From an uncultured bacterium (GTDB lineage: Bacteria > Omnitrophota > Omnitrophia > Omnitrophales > Aquincolibacteriaceae): DNA of 64,000 nt. The translations under genes were made by a program, and so were the position numbers. Shown piece by piece: positions 9,415 through 19,089 of this stretch. The number at the start of each line of letters is the position of its first letter. The first letter of the stretch is position 1. The notes under the pieces are model-generated. The model was given only the letters and a program-made list of their open reading frames with translations, had not been told where the DNA came from and made no database searches. The stretch lies in assembly GCA_964482725.1 (NCBI GenBank), contig CAYZYT010000013.1, positions 1,465 to 65,464 of the forward strand, read 5' to 3'.

Positions 9415-10092
9415 TTAGTGAATTTCCACCGTATCTTCGCCCGATGAGAGGACCACATGATCCTCAAAGATCTTTGAGACTTTTAGAAGCCCGACCGGAT
9501 CTCCTTCGCGAAGGAACGTCGTGATCCCCTTCTGAACGTCCTCAATCATGCAAAAAACCTTTTTCGGATCCGCTGGATTATAAGAGATCCCGGTCAGCTT
9601 CAGGGTCTTCGTCATGTCAACGAGCTTTGAAGACTGCTCCTTTTCAAGCTTCTGGGCATCCTCCGCACGCTTGTTATACGGCATGAACATCTTTCCAAGA
9701 TCCCAGCTTTCGATCGGCTCAACTTCCTTGGCCGGCTCACTGACCGGCGGAAGCTCCAGCATCTTGGGCTCGGAATTTTCAATCGCCCCGATAACATCCT
9801 TCTTGAGATCCATCGCTCCCAACAAAAGGACCGTAATGAACGCCACCGCCAACAGGGTGACCAAGTACCGTAAGATCCGGTTCAATTCTTTAACGCCAAA
9901 GGAAGTCCTGATCCGTTCCAGGGCATCGTTCGATGTTTTAAGAAATCGGTCTTTCAGCGCCCCTGCAGAAAATCGAGCGCCCTGCTGAACTTTTTTAGCC
10001 CCGGCATCAATATCTTTTTGATGAGCGCTCGGCTCCTCAATGAGATCCAGAAGCCGCTTTTCCGGCGTTAATGAGGAATCTGGCTGAGCCAT
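9415..10092 (-). CDS. Bitopic membrane protein, GspB/ExeB-like (hypothetical)
   Basis: 225 aa; cytoplasmic N-terminus, one TM helix (LRYLVTLLAVAFITVLLLGA), periplasmic C-terminal domain. Sits between the ExeA-like ATPase and the secretin with overlapping ends. Confidence 0.45.
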   Translation of the reverse strand: MAQPDSSLTPEKRLLDLIEEPSAHQKDIDAGAKKVQQGARFSAGALKDRFLKTSNDALERIRTSFGVKELNRILRYLVTLLAVAFITVLLLGAMDLKKDVIGAIENSEPKMLELPPVSEPAKEVEPIESWDLGKMFMPYNKRAEDAQKLEKEQSSKLVDMTKTLKLTGISYNPADPKKVFCMIEDVQKGITTFLREGDPVGLLKVSKIFEDHVVLSSGEDTVEIH

Positions 10093-10940
10093 CCGGCACG
10101 CATTTCCTCGGAAACGATTTCCTCGATAATCTCCTCATCTACGATCCACTTCCGTTTCATCACGAGCTGTTTCAAAGACCGGTGACAAAGCATGGTGATC
10201 TTTCGGGGATACCCCTGGGAGATCTTATGGATCATTTCTATAGCGTCGTCCTGAAAAAGCCGGACGTTCGAGCAATAATTCGCCTGCCGGATACGAAAAA
10301 GGATCATCTCCCGGGTCTCGTCCAAACTCAAAGGGTTCAAAGTGTATTTAAAACTGATCCTATCCATAAAATTCGGGATCTTCATGATCTTGGAGTGAAG
10401 CTCCAACTGTCCGAAAAGAGCCAGCTGCAAGAGCTTCGTGTCGTTGGTCTCATAATTCAGGATCACACGCAACATTTCCATCGAAGCTTCATTGAGCTTT
10501 TGCGCTTCGTCCACAATAAGCACCACGGTCTTATTGCCGATAACGGTTTTCTCATAAAGGAACTTCTCCACCGCCTCTTTGAGGTCCATCACGCTCGGAC
10601 GGCTCCCCTCCATGCGACTGCCGGTATATTGATCCACATTGATGGAAAAGTTCCGGACCAGGGAATAAAGAAATTCGTATTCGTTCTCAAAACAAGGGTC
10701 CAAGACATAATGGACAATAAAGTCCCCGCGCTCCTTGAGCGATTGGATCAACTTGCGGGAAAGCGTGGTCTTTCCGGTCCCGACATCCCCCAACACCACG
10801 GACAATCCGCGCCGCAAACGCAACTCGATCAGGACGTTCGTAAGCGTCGCCTGGTGCCCTTGCGACAAGTAGAGGAATTCAGGATCCGGGCTTGTCGAAA
10901 ACGGCTCCTTTTCGAATCCCAGCATGCGGTAATAGCTCAT
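10068..10940 (-). CDS. ExeA/GspA/MshM-family AAA+ ATPase (secretin assembly factor)
   Basis: MSYYRMLGFEKEPFSTSPDPEFLYLSQGHQATLTNVLIELRLRRGLSVVLGDVGTGKTTL (Walker A), VVLIVDEAQ (Walker B). Typical ExeA N-terminus. The ORF track extends further upstream (11012); internal Met taken as start. Confidence 0.8.
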   Translation of the reverse strand: MSYYRMLGFEKEPFSTSPDPEFLYLSQGHQATLTNVLIELRLRRGLSVVLGDVGTGKTTLSRKLIQSLKERGDFIVHYVLDPCFENEYEFLYSLVRNFSINVDQYTGSRMEGSRPSVMDLKEAVEKFLYEKTVIGNKTVVLIVDEAQKLNEASMEMLRVILNYETNDTKLLQLALFGQLELHSKIMKIPNFMDRISFKYTLNPLSLDETREMILFRIRQANYCSNVRLFQDDAIEMIHKISQGYPRKITMLCHRSLKQLVMKRKWIVDEEIIEEIVSEEMRAGWLSQIPH

Positions 10941-11118
10941 GGATCTCCTCGTCTTGACTTTGACACGTCCAAAGACAATTCGCCTGGGGACTTTAGTGCC
11001 AAAAAACCTCACACTATGTTTCGGCTGTTCCTCTGAAATCTATAGGGGTCCCTTTAAGAGGGGGCGGGGTTCACCGGAAGAGGGGGGACGCTTACAAAAC
11101 CATCCTTGGAAAATATTC

Positions 11119-11163
11119 ATTTCGTCTCGCAAGAGAACCTCGCGACGAAATTAAGTCTCGTCT
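11119..11163 (-). terminator. Putative hairpin + U-tract downstream of malQ
   Basis: Minus-strand reading: atttcgtcgcgaggttctcttgcgagacgaaat, followed by gaatattttcc. Confidence 0.3.
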
Positions 11164-11183
11164 TCAATGCCGGCTTTCCCTTA

Positions 11184-13019
11184 TTAGATTTCAACAAGCC
11201 GATGGGACGCTGCCACGATCTCATGGATGATCGGATTGACCCCAAGATTCTGAAGGGTTTCCAGAGAACAAGGGGCCAGCAAAGACCAATTGTGGGCTCC
11301 CACAGTCCCCGGCACGTTGATCCGGTAATCCCAGGAGTCCCTTCCGTTAAAATTGGCCAGAGAAATCCAGTCTTGGAGAAGTTGGAGATTGAAAATCGAA
11401 GTGGCCTGAGCCGCGCTCTCGAGCGCCTTTCTCATAAACTTCGTCGAAACATCTCGTTCCGGGCTTCCTGGAAGACCGAGATGTTCCCAATAAAAAGCTC
11501 GCTCCGGATAGGCGGACCGATAGGCCTCCACAAGAGGCCGCACCTGATCGTGAGTCCGCCCAAGGATCGCCAAAAGTTTTTCTTCGCTGTTGACCCCTTC
11601 GTTCCACCGAAGCCGCCCATGCTGAGAATGCTTCATATCGAAAAGCCGGTCCCGAATCAACTCAAAAGGGATCCCGTATCCCTCGCATTTTTTCTGAAAA
11701 AACCATTCATCCACCGTCCCTGCTTCATACTCCCACCAGGCGCAAAAAGGGCTCGTATCGTGAGTCGAAAGCATCGAAATAGAATTCTTCCGGTACATTT
11801 CGCTGCTCTTGAAATGGCCGTCTTTCTCCCAATATCGAACCCAGCGCTGGACATCCGAACCGGGGATCCCATATTCCCGCAAAATGTCATAAGAACATTC
11901 GGGAACAACCCCCAGATCTTCCGCACAAGGCATCATGCTTGAGGTTTGGACCATCACATCCAGGATACGTTTTCCATGATCTCTCCAAGAAAATTCATGA
12001 GGCGGATCAAAATGACCATTCTGTCCCGCAAAGATCTCCGGCTCCGAAAGGGGAATCGTCCAAAGCCGGAAGAGGCCCACAAAATGGTCGATCCGGTAAA
12101 GATGAAAAAAATATTCGGCATACCCTATTTTCCGGCGGAGGCAATCATAGTTCGCCGCCGCAAGATTATCCCAATTGTACGGGGGCATCCCCCATCGCTG
12201 TCCTTTCGAAAAATAAAGATCGGGAGGCGCCCCCGAAGCGAAATTGAGCTTATAATAATTCTGATGCGCCCAAACATTCACACTATCTCGGGCGACAAGG
12301 AACGGGATGTCCCCCATCAACAAAACCCCTTTTTGACCCGCGTAGGTCTTCACATGCGAGAGTTGCTCAAACGCTTGCCACTGAAGCCATTGATGGAAAA
12401 AGAAAGTCTCTTCATTTTCCCGGATGAGCGTTTCGATCGCCTCTTCATTTTTCGACTTGAACTCTTCGGGCCAATCGCCCCAACCACTGTTTTCGAATTT
12501 CTCTTTTAGGATCTTAAAAGCGGCATAGTTGACGAGCCATTGTCGGTGGGTTTTGAAAAAATTCACGAAATCCGCTTCATTTTTAGAGGTCGTGGGATCA
12601 TCAAAGATCTTCCGGAACAATGCCAGCTTTTCTTTTTTGAAAGCATAATTAATGTGCGTTCCCTGGATCGGGAATTTCTGGCGGAGGGCCTCAATATCTT
12701 CTGAGAACTTTCGAATGTTGTAACCGATGAGGTTCACTGGGGAAATATACATCGGATCCAAGGCAATACTGCTCTGGGCATCGTAAGGGCAGAAATCAAA
12801 ACCCACATCGTTGAGAGGGAGCAATTGAATGATTGAAAGGCCGGTTTTCTGGCACCAATCCACAAGCAGCTTAAGGTCCGGGAATTCGCCAATACCGACA
12901 CTTTTTGAGGAATGAAGGGAAAAAAGTGGCGCGATCACACCCGCGCGCCTTTTGGCGCCAATTCGTTGCCATATGGCCCCGCACTCCGAATCTAAAAACG
13001 ATGTGTAGTCTGTCTGCAT
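11184..13019 (-). CDS. malQ: 4-alpha-glucanotransferase (amylomaltase, GH77)
   Basis: 611 aa; GH77 motifs GVLLMGDIPFLVARDSVNVW, YRIDHFVGLFRLW, MPCAEDLGVVPECS. Confidence 0.85.
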   Translation of the reverse strand: MQTDYTSFLDSECGAIWQRIGAKRRAGVIAPLFSLHSSKSVGIGEFPDLKLLVDWCQKTGLSIIQLLPLNDVGFDFCPYDAQSSIALDPMYISPVNLIGYNIRKFSEDIEALRQKFPIQGTHINYAFKKEKLALFRKIFDDPTTSKNEADFVNFFKTHRQWLVNYAAFKILKEKFENSGWGDWPEEFKSKNEEAIETLIRENEETFFFHQWLQWQAFEQLSHVKTYAGQKGVLLMGDIPFLVARDSVNVWAHQNYYKLNFASGAPPDLYFSKGQRWGMPPYNWDNLAAANYDCLRRKIGYAEYFFHLYRIDHFVGLFRLWTIPLSEPEIFAGQNGHFDPPHEFSWRDHGKRILDVMVQTSSMMPCAEDLGVVPECSYDILREYGIPGSDVQRWVRYWEKDGHFKSSEMYRKNSISMLSTHDTSPFCAWWEYEAGTVDEWFFQKKCEGYGIPFELIRDRLFDMKHSQHGRLRWNEGVNSEEKLLAILGRTHDQVRPLVEAYRSAYPERAFYWEHLGLPGSPERDVSTKFMRKALESAAQATSIFNLQLLQDWISLANFNGRDSWDYRINVPGTVGAHNWSLLAPCSLETLQNLGVNPIIHEIVAASHRLVEI

Positions 13020-13093
13020 GGATCCTCTTTATTTCCTATCGCCTATCCCCAACCAAGCCTCGGACGAGATTTGCCGCAGGTTCAGCACAAAAC

Positions 13094-13630
13094 TCAAAAA
13101 GGGCCGGATCCTTTGAACCCATCAAAAAGATTCCGTACATCTCCTTCCGCGGAACGCGTGATCTGACCGCAAATAAAGATCAGCACCGAGAACTGCCAGC
13201 AATCCTCCGGGCCGATCACAAGCCCGGTCGAAACATTCTCTTGCCGCTCCAGCGCATGCGAAAAAAATTCCACGGCTTTCGCAAGCTTCTCCTCGCGAAT
13301 ATCCAACGACTCTATTCTATTCTCATATTTCATGGAAGGGAAGCGGATACCACGCACCAAAAGAAAGGTCGTCAGATAATCCTCCACCCCCGAGAACTTC
13401 TTATCGAATTCAAACCCTTCGAATTGCGGCAGATGCGGCGGCAAAATAATCGAGGGCTTTTCGACCGTGACTTCTCCTTTTCGCACCACCGTGTCGCCGT
13501 GGTTGACCGCAGACTCCGCCAAAAAAACATAAGGGATCTGCGTCGCCTCAAACGTCTGGAGCGGTTGAACCCGAGGTCGGATGATCTCGGTGGCTTTCAG
13601 TGCTTTCTCCCAGGAATCGTGGATGTCCAT
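13094..13630 (-). CDS. Hypothetical protein
   Basis: 178 aa ORF, no recognised motifs. Preceded by the GAGAC/GTCTC hairpin element. Confidence 0.5.
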   Translation of the reverse strand: MDIHDSWEKALKATEIIRPRVQPLQTFEATQIPYVFLAESAVNHGDTVVRKGEVTVEKPSIILPPHLPQFEGFEFDKKFSGVEDYLTTFLLVRGIRFPSMKYENRIESLDIREEKLAKAVEFFSHALERQENVSTGLVIGPEDCWQFSVLIFICGQITRSAEGDVRNLFDGFKGSGPF

Positions 13631-13644
13631 TTAAAAGGCTTCCT

Positions 13645-13712
13645 CAGACTACAGACCAGAGACTTGGGACTAGAGACAAGACATTAAGTCTACGGTCTCC
13701 AGTCTCGGGTCT
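13645..13712. repeat. GAGAC/GTCTC-rich intergenic hairpin element, copy 1
   Basis: ccagagacttgggactagagacaagac...gtctccagtctcgggtctcttgtcc. Related to the element at 27896..27960 (shared ccagagac and gtctctagtc blocks). Confidence 0.5.
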
Positions 13713-13734
13713 CTTGTCCTGATCGCGATAGCGA

Positions 13735-14175
13735 TCAATAAGAAATCCCATCCGGCAATTCGTTCTTATCATTCGCTTGATAAGGAAAATAGGTTTTTAG
13801 CTTCTCTCCGATACGAACCACCGCTTCCGAAATACCCTCGGCAAACTTATTCTCCTTGAAATGCTCTTGCATGATCTGGACCACATCGTTCCAGAATCCT
13901 TCAGGAACTTTTTCATTGATCCCGACATCCCCCAACACCGCGAACTTCTTGTTCCTGGTCGCAAGGAATATCAGGACTCCGTTCCTTTGGGCGGTCTTCG
14001 TCATCCCGATCTTCTGAAAGACTCTCTGGGCGTGACCGTACACAGGCTCGTGGGCGTTATATTCCAGATGCACGCGGATCTCTCCGGATGTGTTTTTTTC
14101 CGCATCCTGGACTGCGGCAAGAATCTGTTTTTTCTCTTTTCCCGACAAAAAGAACATCGGATAAGTTATACGCAT
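13735..14175 (-). CDS. TPM-domain protein (TLP18.3/Psb32/MOLO-1 phosphatase fold)
   Basis: 146 aa; GEIRVHLEY..., VLIFLATRNKKFAVLGDVGINEKV pattern typical of the TPM domain. Adjacent to LemA. Confidence 0.65.
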   Translation of the reverse strand: MRITYPMFFLSGKEKKQILAAVQDAEKNTSGEIRVHLEYNAHEPVYGHAQRVFQKIGMTKTAQRNGVLIFLATRNKKFAVLGDVGINEKVPEGFWNDVVQIMQEHFKENKFAEGISEAVVRIGEKLKTYFPYQANDKNELPDGISY

Positions 14176-14265
14176 AATATCACCAGCCTCCTGACGCTCC
14201 GCCGCCCTGATCGCTATCTATTTTAAAAGCCAAAGAAATCAGGACTGCTTCGCTTTCCAAATAAA

Positions 14266-15018
14266 TCACCAGCCTCCTGACGCTCCGCCGCCGCCGAAAC
14301 CGCCGCCGCCTCCGCTAAACCCGCCAAAGCTACCGCCTCCGCTCCGGAATCCCCCCCCCATCGGCATAAAAAAACCGCCACGCCCGCGACGGCCTCCGAT
14401 GTTATTCGAATTTGAACGGACAAAAAAGTGGAAGAGAAAAAAGACGCCAAAAAGAACGATCAATCTCGCTAAAGCATCCGGATTGTCTTTCCGTGGGACA
14501 CCCTTAAATTCGCCTTGCGTGGCCTGCATGATCGCGGTCGTACCGGCCAGGATCCCTCCCGAATAATCACCTTTACGGAAATAAGGCGCAACCACCCGGC
14601 CGATGATCTGCCCCGCCAAAGCGTCCGGCAAAACACCTTCCAACCCGTAGCCGACTTCGATGCGCATTTTGCGATCATTTTTGAAGATGAGAAAGATCAC
14701 GCCGTTATTCTTATTCTTCTGTCCAGCCTTCCAGGCCTCGGCGAGGCGCATTGAGAAATCTTCGAGCGAATCCCCTTCCAGGGATGGAAAAGTAGCCACC
14801 ACGACCTGGGTGGAGGTTTTTTCCTCGAAGACGCGAAGGTTTGTTTCGAGAGTCGATCGATCGGGCGGAGATAAAAGCCCCGCTCGATCGGTCACATAGC
14901 CGTCAGCACGTTTCGGGACTTCGAGGGCAGAAAGAACGGTAGGGAATAAAACAAAAAAAAGAAAAAGGAGACAGGCTGCTTTTTCAAAGAATGGAGCCTG
15001 TCCCCTTTTCTTCATCAC
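14266..15018 (-). CDS. TPM-domain protein (YgcG-like) with C-terminal TM and Gly-rich tail
   Basis: 250 aa; signal peptide, TPM core (VVVATFPSLEGDSLEDFSMRLAEAWKAGQKNKNNGVIFLIFKNDRKMRIEVGYGLEGVLPDA), TM, GGGFGGGG tail. Confidence 0.75.
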   Translation of the reverse strand: MMKKRGQAPFFEKAACLLFLFFVLFPTVLSALEVPKRADGYVTDRAGLLSPPDRSTLETNLRVFEEKTSTQVVVATFPSLEGDSLEDFSMRLAEAWKAGQKNKNNGVIFLIFKNDRKMRIEVGYGLEGVLPDALAGQIIGRVVAPYFRKGDYSGGILAGTTAIMQATQGEFKGVPRKDNPDALARLIVLFGVFFLFHFFVRSNSNNIGGRRGRGGFFMPMGGGFRSGGGSFGGFSGGGGGFGGGGASGGW

Positions 15019-15021
15019 TGA

Positions 15022-15648
15022 TTAAAACTTGACCTGCGGAGCGGTCTTGGCGTCCTGATCGGCCTGAAAATAGGCTTTGTTCTTAAAACCCATGGCGCCG
15101 GCAACGATTACATTCGGGAAACGACGGCGGAAGGCGTTAAAATCCTGGGCCGCTTCATTGAAACGCTTGCGTTCGACCGTGATACGATTCTCGGTGCCTT
15201 CCAGCTGGGTTTGAAGCATGAGAAAATTCTGACTCGCCTTAAGATCCGGATACTTCTCCACCACAACAAGAAGCCGGCTCAGGGCTGAAGTCAGACCCGT
15301 CTGGGCTTCCTGGAATTTTGCGAGCTGTTCGGGATCATTGATCGGCGAGGGTGAGGTCCCCATTTGTGTGATCTTGGAGCGAGCGTTCACAACGTTCAGA
15401 AGTGTTTCTTTTTCATGGGCCGCGTAGCCTTTCACCGTTTCGACCAAGTTCGGCACAAGATCCAGACGCCGCTGATAGACGTTTTCCACCTGAGCCCAGG
15501 AACTGGTGACGCCTTCTTCTTTGGTCACAAGATTGTTATAAACGCCGCCGAACACGAGCGCCCCCAAAAACACGATAAGAACGATAACACCCAGCGTGAT
15601 GAACAAAGCCTTTTTCATGAACAAACCTCCTTGATGGTGGGGTGGCAA
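15022..15648 (-). CDS. lemA: LemA family protein
   Basis: N-terminal TM, then VTSSWAQVENVYQRRLDLVPNLVETVKGYAAHEKETL, characteristic of LemA. Confidence 0.8.
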   Translation of the reverse strand: MPPHHQGGLFMKKALFITLGVIVLIVFLGALVFGGVYNNLVTKEEGVTSSWAQVENVYQRRLDLVPNLVETVKGYAAHEKETLLNVVNARSKITQMGTSPSPINDPEQLAKFQEAQTGLTSALSRLLVVVEKYPDLKASQNFLMLQTQLEGTENRITVERKRFNEAAQDFNAFRRRFPNVIVAGAMGFKNKAYFQADQDAKTAPQVKF

Positions 15649-15727
15649 AAAGCAACGGACGTATTATAGCCTCTCGTAGAAATTCCTGGCAAACAATTAA
15701 AGCAGGAAGAAATTTCGGGGAAGCGTT

Positions 15728-17473
15728 CTAGTAATTTGTGTTGAACGAGAAATGAAGCTGAGACTTCCCGGCTTCCGTGATCGGTTTGTCCCCGAGAGGA
15801 ATACCCCACTCAAGACGCGCCGAAAAATCCTTCCGGAAACGAAGCTCAAAACCACCTCCGACACCCAGCAGGAAATCAGACCGGGGTTCTCCGGAACTCG
15901 CATTGGGATCATGCGTTCGTCCGTAACCCATATCGCAAAAAGTGATGATGCTGAGCTGATCCTTCAGAGGGAGGGTGTCAAAAGGAAGTTTCCAGTGATC
16001 GGGTAAGCCATAGACCGGCAGCATGTAATCAAATCGCGACTGAAAACCCTCGTCCGCTCCATAATCGCTTTCAGGATAACCACGAATAGAACGGGCACCG
16101 CCCAAGAACAACTGCTCCTGAGGCAAAAGCTTGTCCGGCGAGAACTGCCCCTGGACATCCCAGATCGCTTTGGTGCGCCATGGCAATTGCGTGAGGCGGG
16201 TTAGCGAATAGGTGTACTTAAAAAAGGACTGCACACCGCCACGGCTCGCAAGGGCCCAATCATCGGGAAAGGTCGGCAGCCCAAAATAAATGCCCTGCCC
16301 CAATCCCCAACCGCCCCAACGATCGCGGGCCTGAAAGTCTCCTTTGAGCGATATCACGCGCTCCTTATCCCATACCGTAGTAACACTTTGCGTCAAGGTA
16401 TGCTTTTCCTTAAAATCAAACCCGAACTGGACATTGCCAGAATATTTTTCTGTGCGGATCACCCGCTGCTGCAAGCCCAAGCTGTAAACTTCGGAAGTTC
16501 CGTTAATGCCATAGATCGAAAACTCTTTCTTGGGATTGACTTGCGCGTGACTGATCGACCAGATAAATTTCGTTCCAAAATTCGAGACCGGGATCACATG
16601 ATAAAGATAAAGAGCCCCAAAGGCTTTGCCAAAGGTCGTCCCGATCAGGAACGTATCGTCAAGCCCTAGCATATTATTGTTCCGGATCGTGAACCCTTGA
16701 CGATCCTTCCCTGTCAGCTTGACCCCTTGGTTATCGAAGGAGTAGCCCAAGTGAAGGGGAAAATGATCTTCGACATCCAACACCACATCCGTCGTCCCTT
16801 TTTCAGCGCCCGCTTTAAGAACCGGCTTCACGGTCCGGTCAGGATTCTCGTTCATGTTCATGACATTCTCACGGATCTTATCGTAGCGGAGAACCTCGCC
16901 CTTGCGGATCTTCCAGTAGGATCGCGTGCGCCATTTGCTGTAATAGCGATTCTTCTCGATTGAAAGCTCTCCCATCCTCGAAGTCACCGCCTTGAGATGG
17001 ACCTCCTGGTTTTCCATTTTTTGGGGTGGGAGCAGAACGACCGCAATATAGCCCTTCGCGCGATACATTTGTTCAAGGGCATTGATAAGCCTCTGAAGTT
17101 CATCAAAATGAACTTCCCTATTCTCATATTTAACGAAAAGCGGCTCGTACTCTTTAGGATCGAGCATCATATCCCCTTCGAGGACGATCTTTTTGATAAA
17201 AAAAGAAGGACCTGTCGCCGGAGCTTCTGGGAGAGGCTCCTCCTCGAACGCTATGGGTTTGGTCGCTTTGGGTTGGAATAATTTCTCGCGGGCTTGATCA
17301 TCGATCTTGGATAACTGGACGGCGGCAGAAGCTCCAAAATTGCCGATCCGGTCTTCACTGGCCGCGAAGAGATGCCCGCTCTGGGCAAGGAAGCCCACAG
17401 AGAAAAAGAGAACGCCTAAAGACAAGATCTTAACTTTGAGTCGGCTCATAGGAGAAAAGACGACACTTTCCAT
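15728..17473 (-). CDS. ShlB/FhaC/HecB-family two-partner-secretion outer-membrane transporter (TpsB)
   Basis: 581 aa; signal peptide; POTRA region (FIKKIVLEGDMMLDPKEYEPLFVKYENREVHFDELQRLINALEQMYRAKGYI); C-terminal beta-barrel ending ...SQLHFSFNTNY with aromatic terminus. Confidence 0.75.
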   Translation of the reverse strand: MESVVFSPMSRLKVKILSLGVLFFSVGFLAQSGHLFAASEDRIGNFGASAAVQLSKIDDQAREKLFQPKATKPIAFEEEPLPEAPATGPSFFIKKIVLEGDMMLDPKEYEPLFVKYENREVHFDELQRLINALEQMYRAKGYIAVVLLPPQKMENQEVHLKAVTSRMGELSIEKNRYYSKWRTRSYWKIRKGEVLRYDKIRENVMNMNENPDRTVKPVLKAGAEKGTTDVVLDVEDHFPLHLGYSFDNQGVKLTGKDRQGFTIRNNNMLGLDDTFLIGTTFGKAFGALYLYHVIPVSNFGTKFIWSISHAQVNPKKEFSIYGINGTSEVYSLGLQQRVIRTEKYSGNVQFGFDFKEKHTLTQSVTTVWDKERVISLKGDFQARDRWGGWGLGQGIYFGLPTFPDDWALASRGGVQSFFKYTYSLTRLTQLPWRTKAIWDVQGQFSPDKLLPQEQLFLGGARSIRGYPESDYGADEGFQSRFDYMLPVYGLPDHWKLPFDTLPLKDQLSIITFCDMGYGRTHDPNASSGEPRSDFLLGVGGGFELRFRKDFSARLEWGIPLGDKPITEAGKSQLHFSFNTNY

Positions 17474-17545
17474 GCATTTCTAAAGTTTTTTTTGCTCAGA
17501 AACCCTTATGCCCCAGAAAAACTTCGTCTCTCTTCAATATATACC

Positions 17546-18667
17546 CTAGACAACCTGCGAGGTCATGACTCGGCCAAAGCCGGATTTTTCATGCTGAAAA
17601 GGCTTATAGAAATCACCCTGAACGGGAAGACGCAGACGTTTCAGGAGCCGGGAGACAATCAGGGTCTCGGCCTCCCGCCAACGGGTGTCGTCTTTGTCCT
17701 TGCCACGCACGTGAAAACTGCCACCCGCAACCATATCGTGGCCACCGGCTTCTTTACGATCGTCAAAGATATCACGGAGGATCTCAGGCGTTTCATCCGT
17801 TGGCCGGTTGCTCCTGAGTGACACATGCAGCTTGTCTTTATAGCGCCCGGTACAAAGCGACCGCTCCATCCCTTTATAAGTCAGCAGAAAATCCGCGATC
17901 TCTGAGACAAGATCCGGATGCTCGACTTCCCCGAGGTGCGACACGATCACGCCCCGGAAGGCGCGCGCTCCCTGAAGCCCCCGGTTCAGCGTGCTAAAAA
18001 ATTTCTTGGACTTCGGGGGGTTCTGGATACGGATCAAAGCCCGCATGTCGCAAAGAGGCAGGATATCCAGATAGGTCTGAATGATATCCGTCCGGTGCGC
18101 CCGGTAGAGATTGAGCGTATCCGAAAGGATCCCGTACGCCAGCGCGGTCGCGATCCTTTTCGGGATCTCAAGGCCGCTCAAGAGCAACGCCTGCGTCAGA
18201 ATCACACTCGTAGCGCCGCAATCCGGGTCGATGATGGCAAGTTCCGCGAGCGGACGCTTCACATAAGGATGCTGATCGATCACCAGAGTTACTTTTTTGT
18301 TTCTCGGGTAGGGGTTATTCTCAAATTCAGGCTGCGTATCGATCAACGCAGCGCTCTCATAGCTCTTGATGTCGGAAGGACGGAACTTGTGGATCGGGAC
18401 TTTGAGAAGATCCACCATCGCCCGGTTCTCGACGCGTCCAATGATTCCTTTGTACACGATCCTGGATTTGATCCCCTGGAGACGCTCCGCGAGATACTGA
18501 AGCGCCATGGCTGTTGCGATGGCATCCGGATCGGGATAATCATGCGTCACGATCAAAAGAGGCGATATCGAATCTTTTTTCTTTTCAAGGAAGCGGAGCA
18601 ATTTCCGGCCGTGATGAGCCGCAATATGTTCCTGCTTCTTATTTTTCAATTTGAGGGAAAGGGCCAT
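17546..18667 (-). CDS. DHH/DHHA1 phosphoesterase (NrnA-like nanoRNase / pAp phosphatase)
   Basis: Motifs LLIVTHDYPDPDAIAT, LVIDQHP (DHH), AGGHDMVAGGS (DHHA1 GGGH). The ORF track starts at 18724; internal Met MALSLKL taken as start. Confidence 0.75.
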   Translation of the reverse strand: MALSLKLKNKKQEHIAAHHGRKLLRFLEKKKDSISPLLIVTHDYPDPDAIATAMALQYLAERLQGIKSRIVYKGIIGRVENRAMVDLLKVPIHKFRPSDIKSYESAALIDTQPEFENNPYPRNKKVTLVIDQHPYVKRPLAELAIIDPDCGATSVILTQALLLSGLEIPKRIATALAYGILSDTLNLYRAHRTDIIQTYLDILPLCDMRALIRIQNPPKSKKFFSTLNRGLQGARAFRGVIVSHLGEVEHPDLVSEIADFLLTYKGMERSLCTGRYKDKLHVSLRSNRPTDETPEILRDIFDDRKEAGGHDMVAGGSFHVRGKDKDDTRWREAETLIVSRLLKRLRLPVQGDFYKPFQHEKSGFGRVMTSQVV

Positions 18668-18687
18668 GAGAGCTTTGGGATATCTTC

Positions 18688-19086
18688 TCAGGATTTCGTT
18701 TTTTGAGAAAGGGTTACAAGCCATTTCTGGAACGGAGGATACTCGCGCAGAGGCTTCAAGTCCGGATCTTTCTCGAGATGTCTCAGATCCGTAAACCCCA
18801 GGCGAACCGCTTGCCGAAGCGCCGTCAGGGCCTTCGCCGTATAGCCGGAAAGAACATAGCTGCAGGCAAGGTTGTAATGAACGACCGGATCGTCTTGACA
18901 GAGAAAAGCCAGCCGCTTGTCGATTTCAAGGCCCTTTTCAAAAAGACCCCGGCGCGTATAGGCCTCCGCGAGCGGAGCCAGGGCATCGATGTAGTTAGGA
19001 CGGTGTTTGAGGACGCCTTCGAGGAATGAGATCTCAAAATCCAGATCGTTCGATTTCATAGTCTCAATGCCTATCAATTTTAACAA
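18688..19086 (-). CDS. TPR-repeat protein
   Basis: 132 aa with TPR-like helices (PLAEAYTRRGLFEKGLEIDKR, HYNLACSYVLSGYTAKALTALRQAV). Confidence 0.6.
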   Translation of the reverse strand: MLKLIGIETMKSNDLDFEISFLEGVLKHRPNYIDALAPLAEAYTRRGLFEKGLEIDKRLAFLCQDDPVVHYNLACSYVLSGYTAKALTALRQAVRLGFTDLRHLEKDPDLKPLREYPPFQKWLVTLSQKTKS

Positions 19087-19089
19087 AGT

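Noticed and set aside
10071-11036. 321-aa plus-strand ORF antisense to the ExeA-like ATPase
   Set aside because: Fully overlaps the minus-strand gene that has clear Walker A/B motifs; the plus ORF has none.
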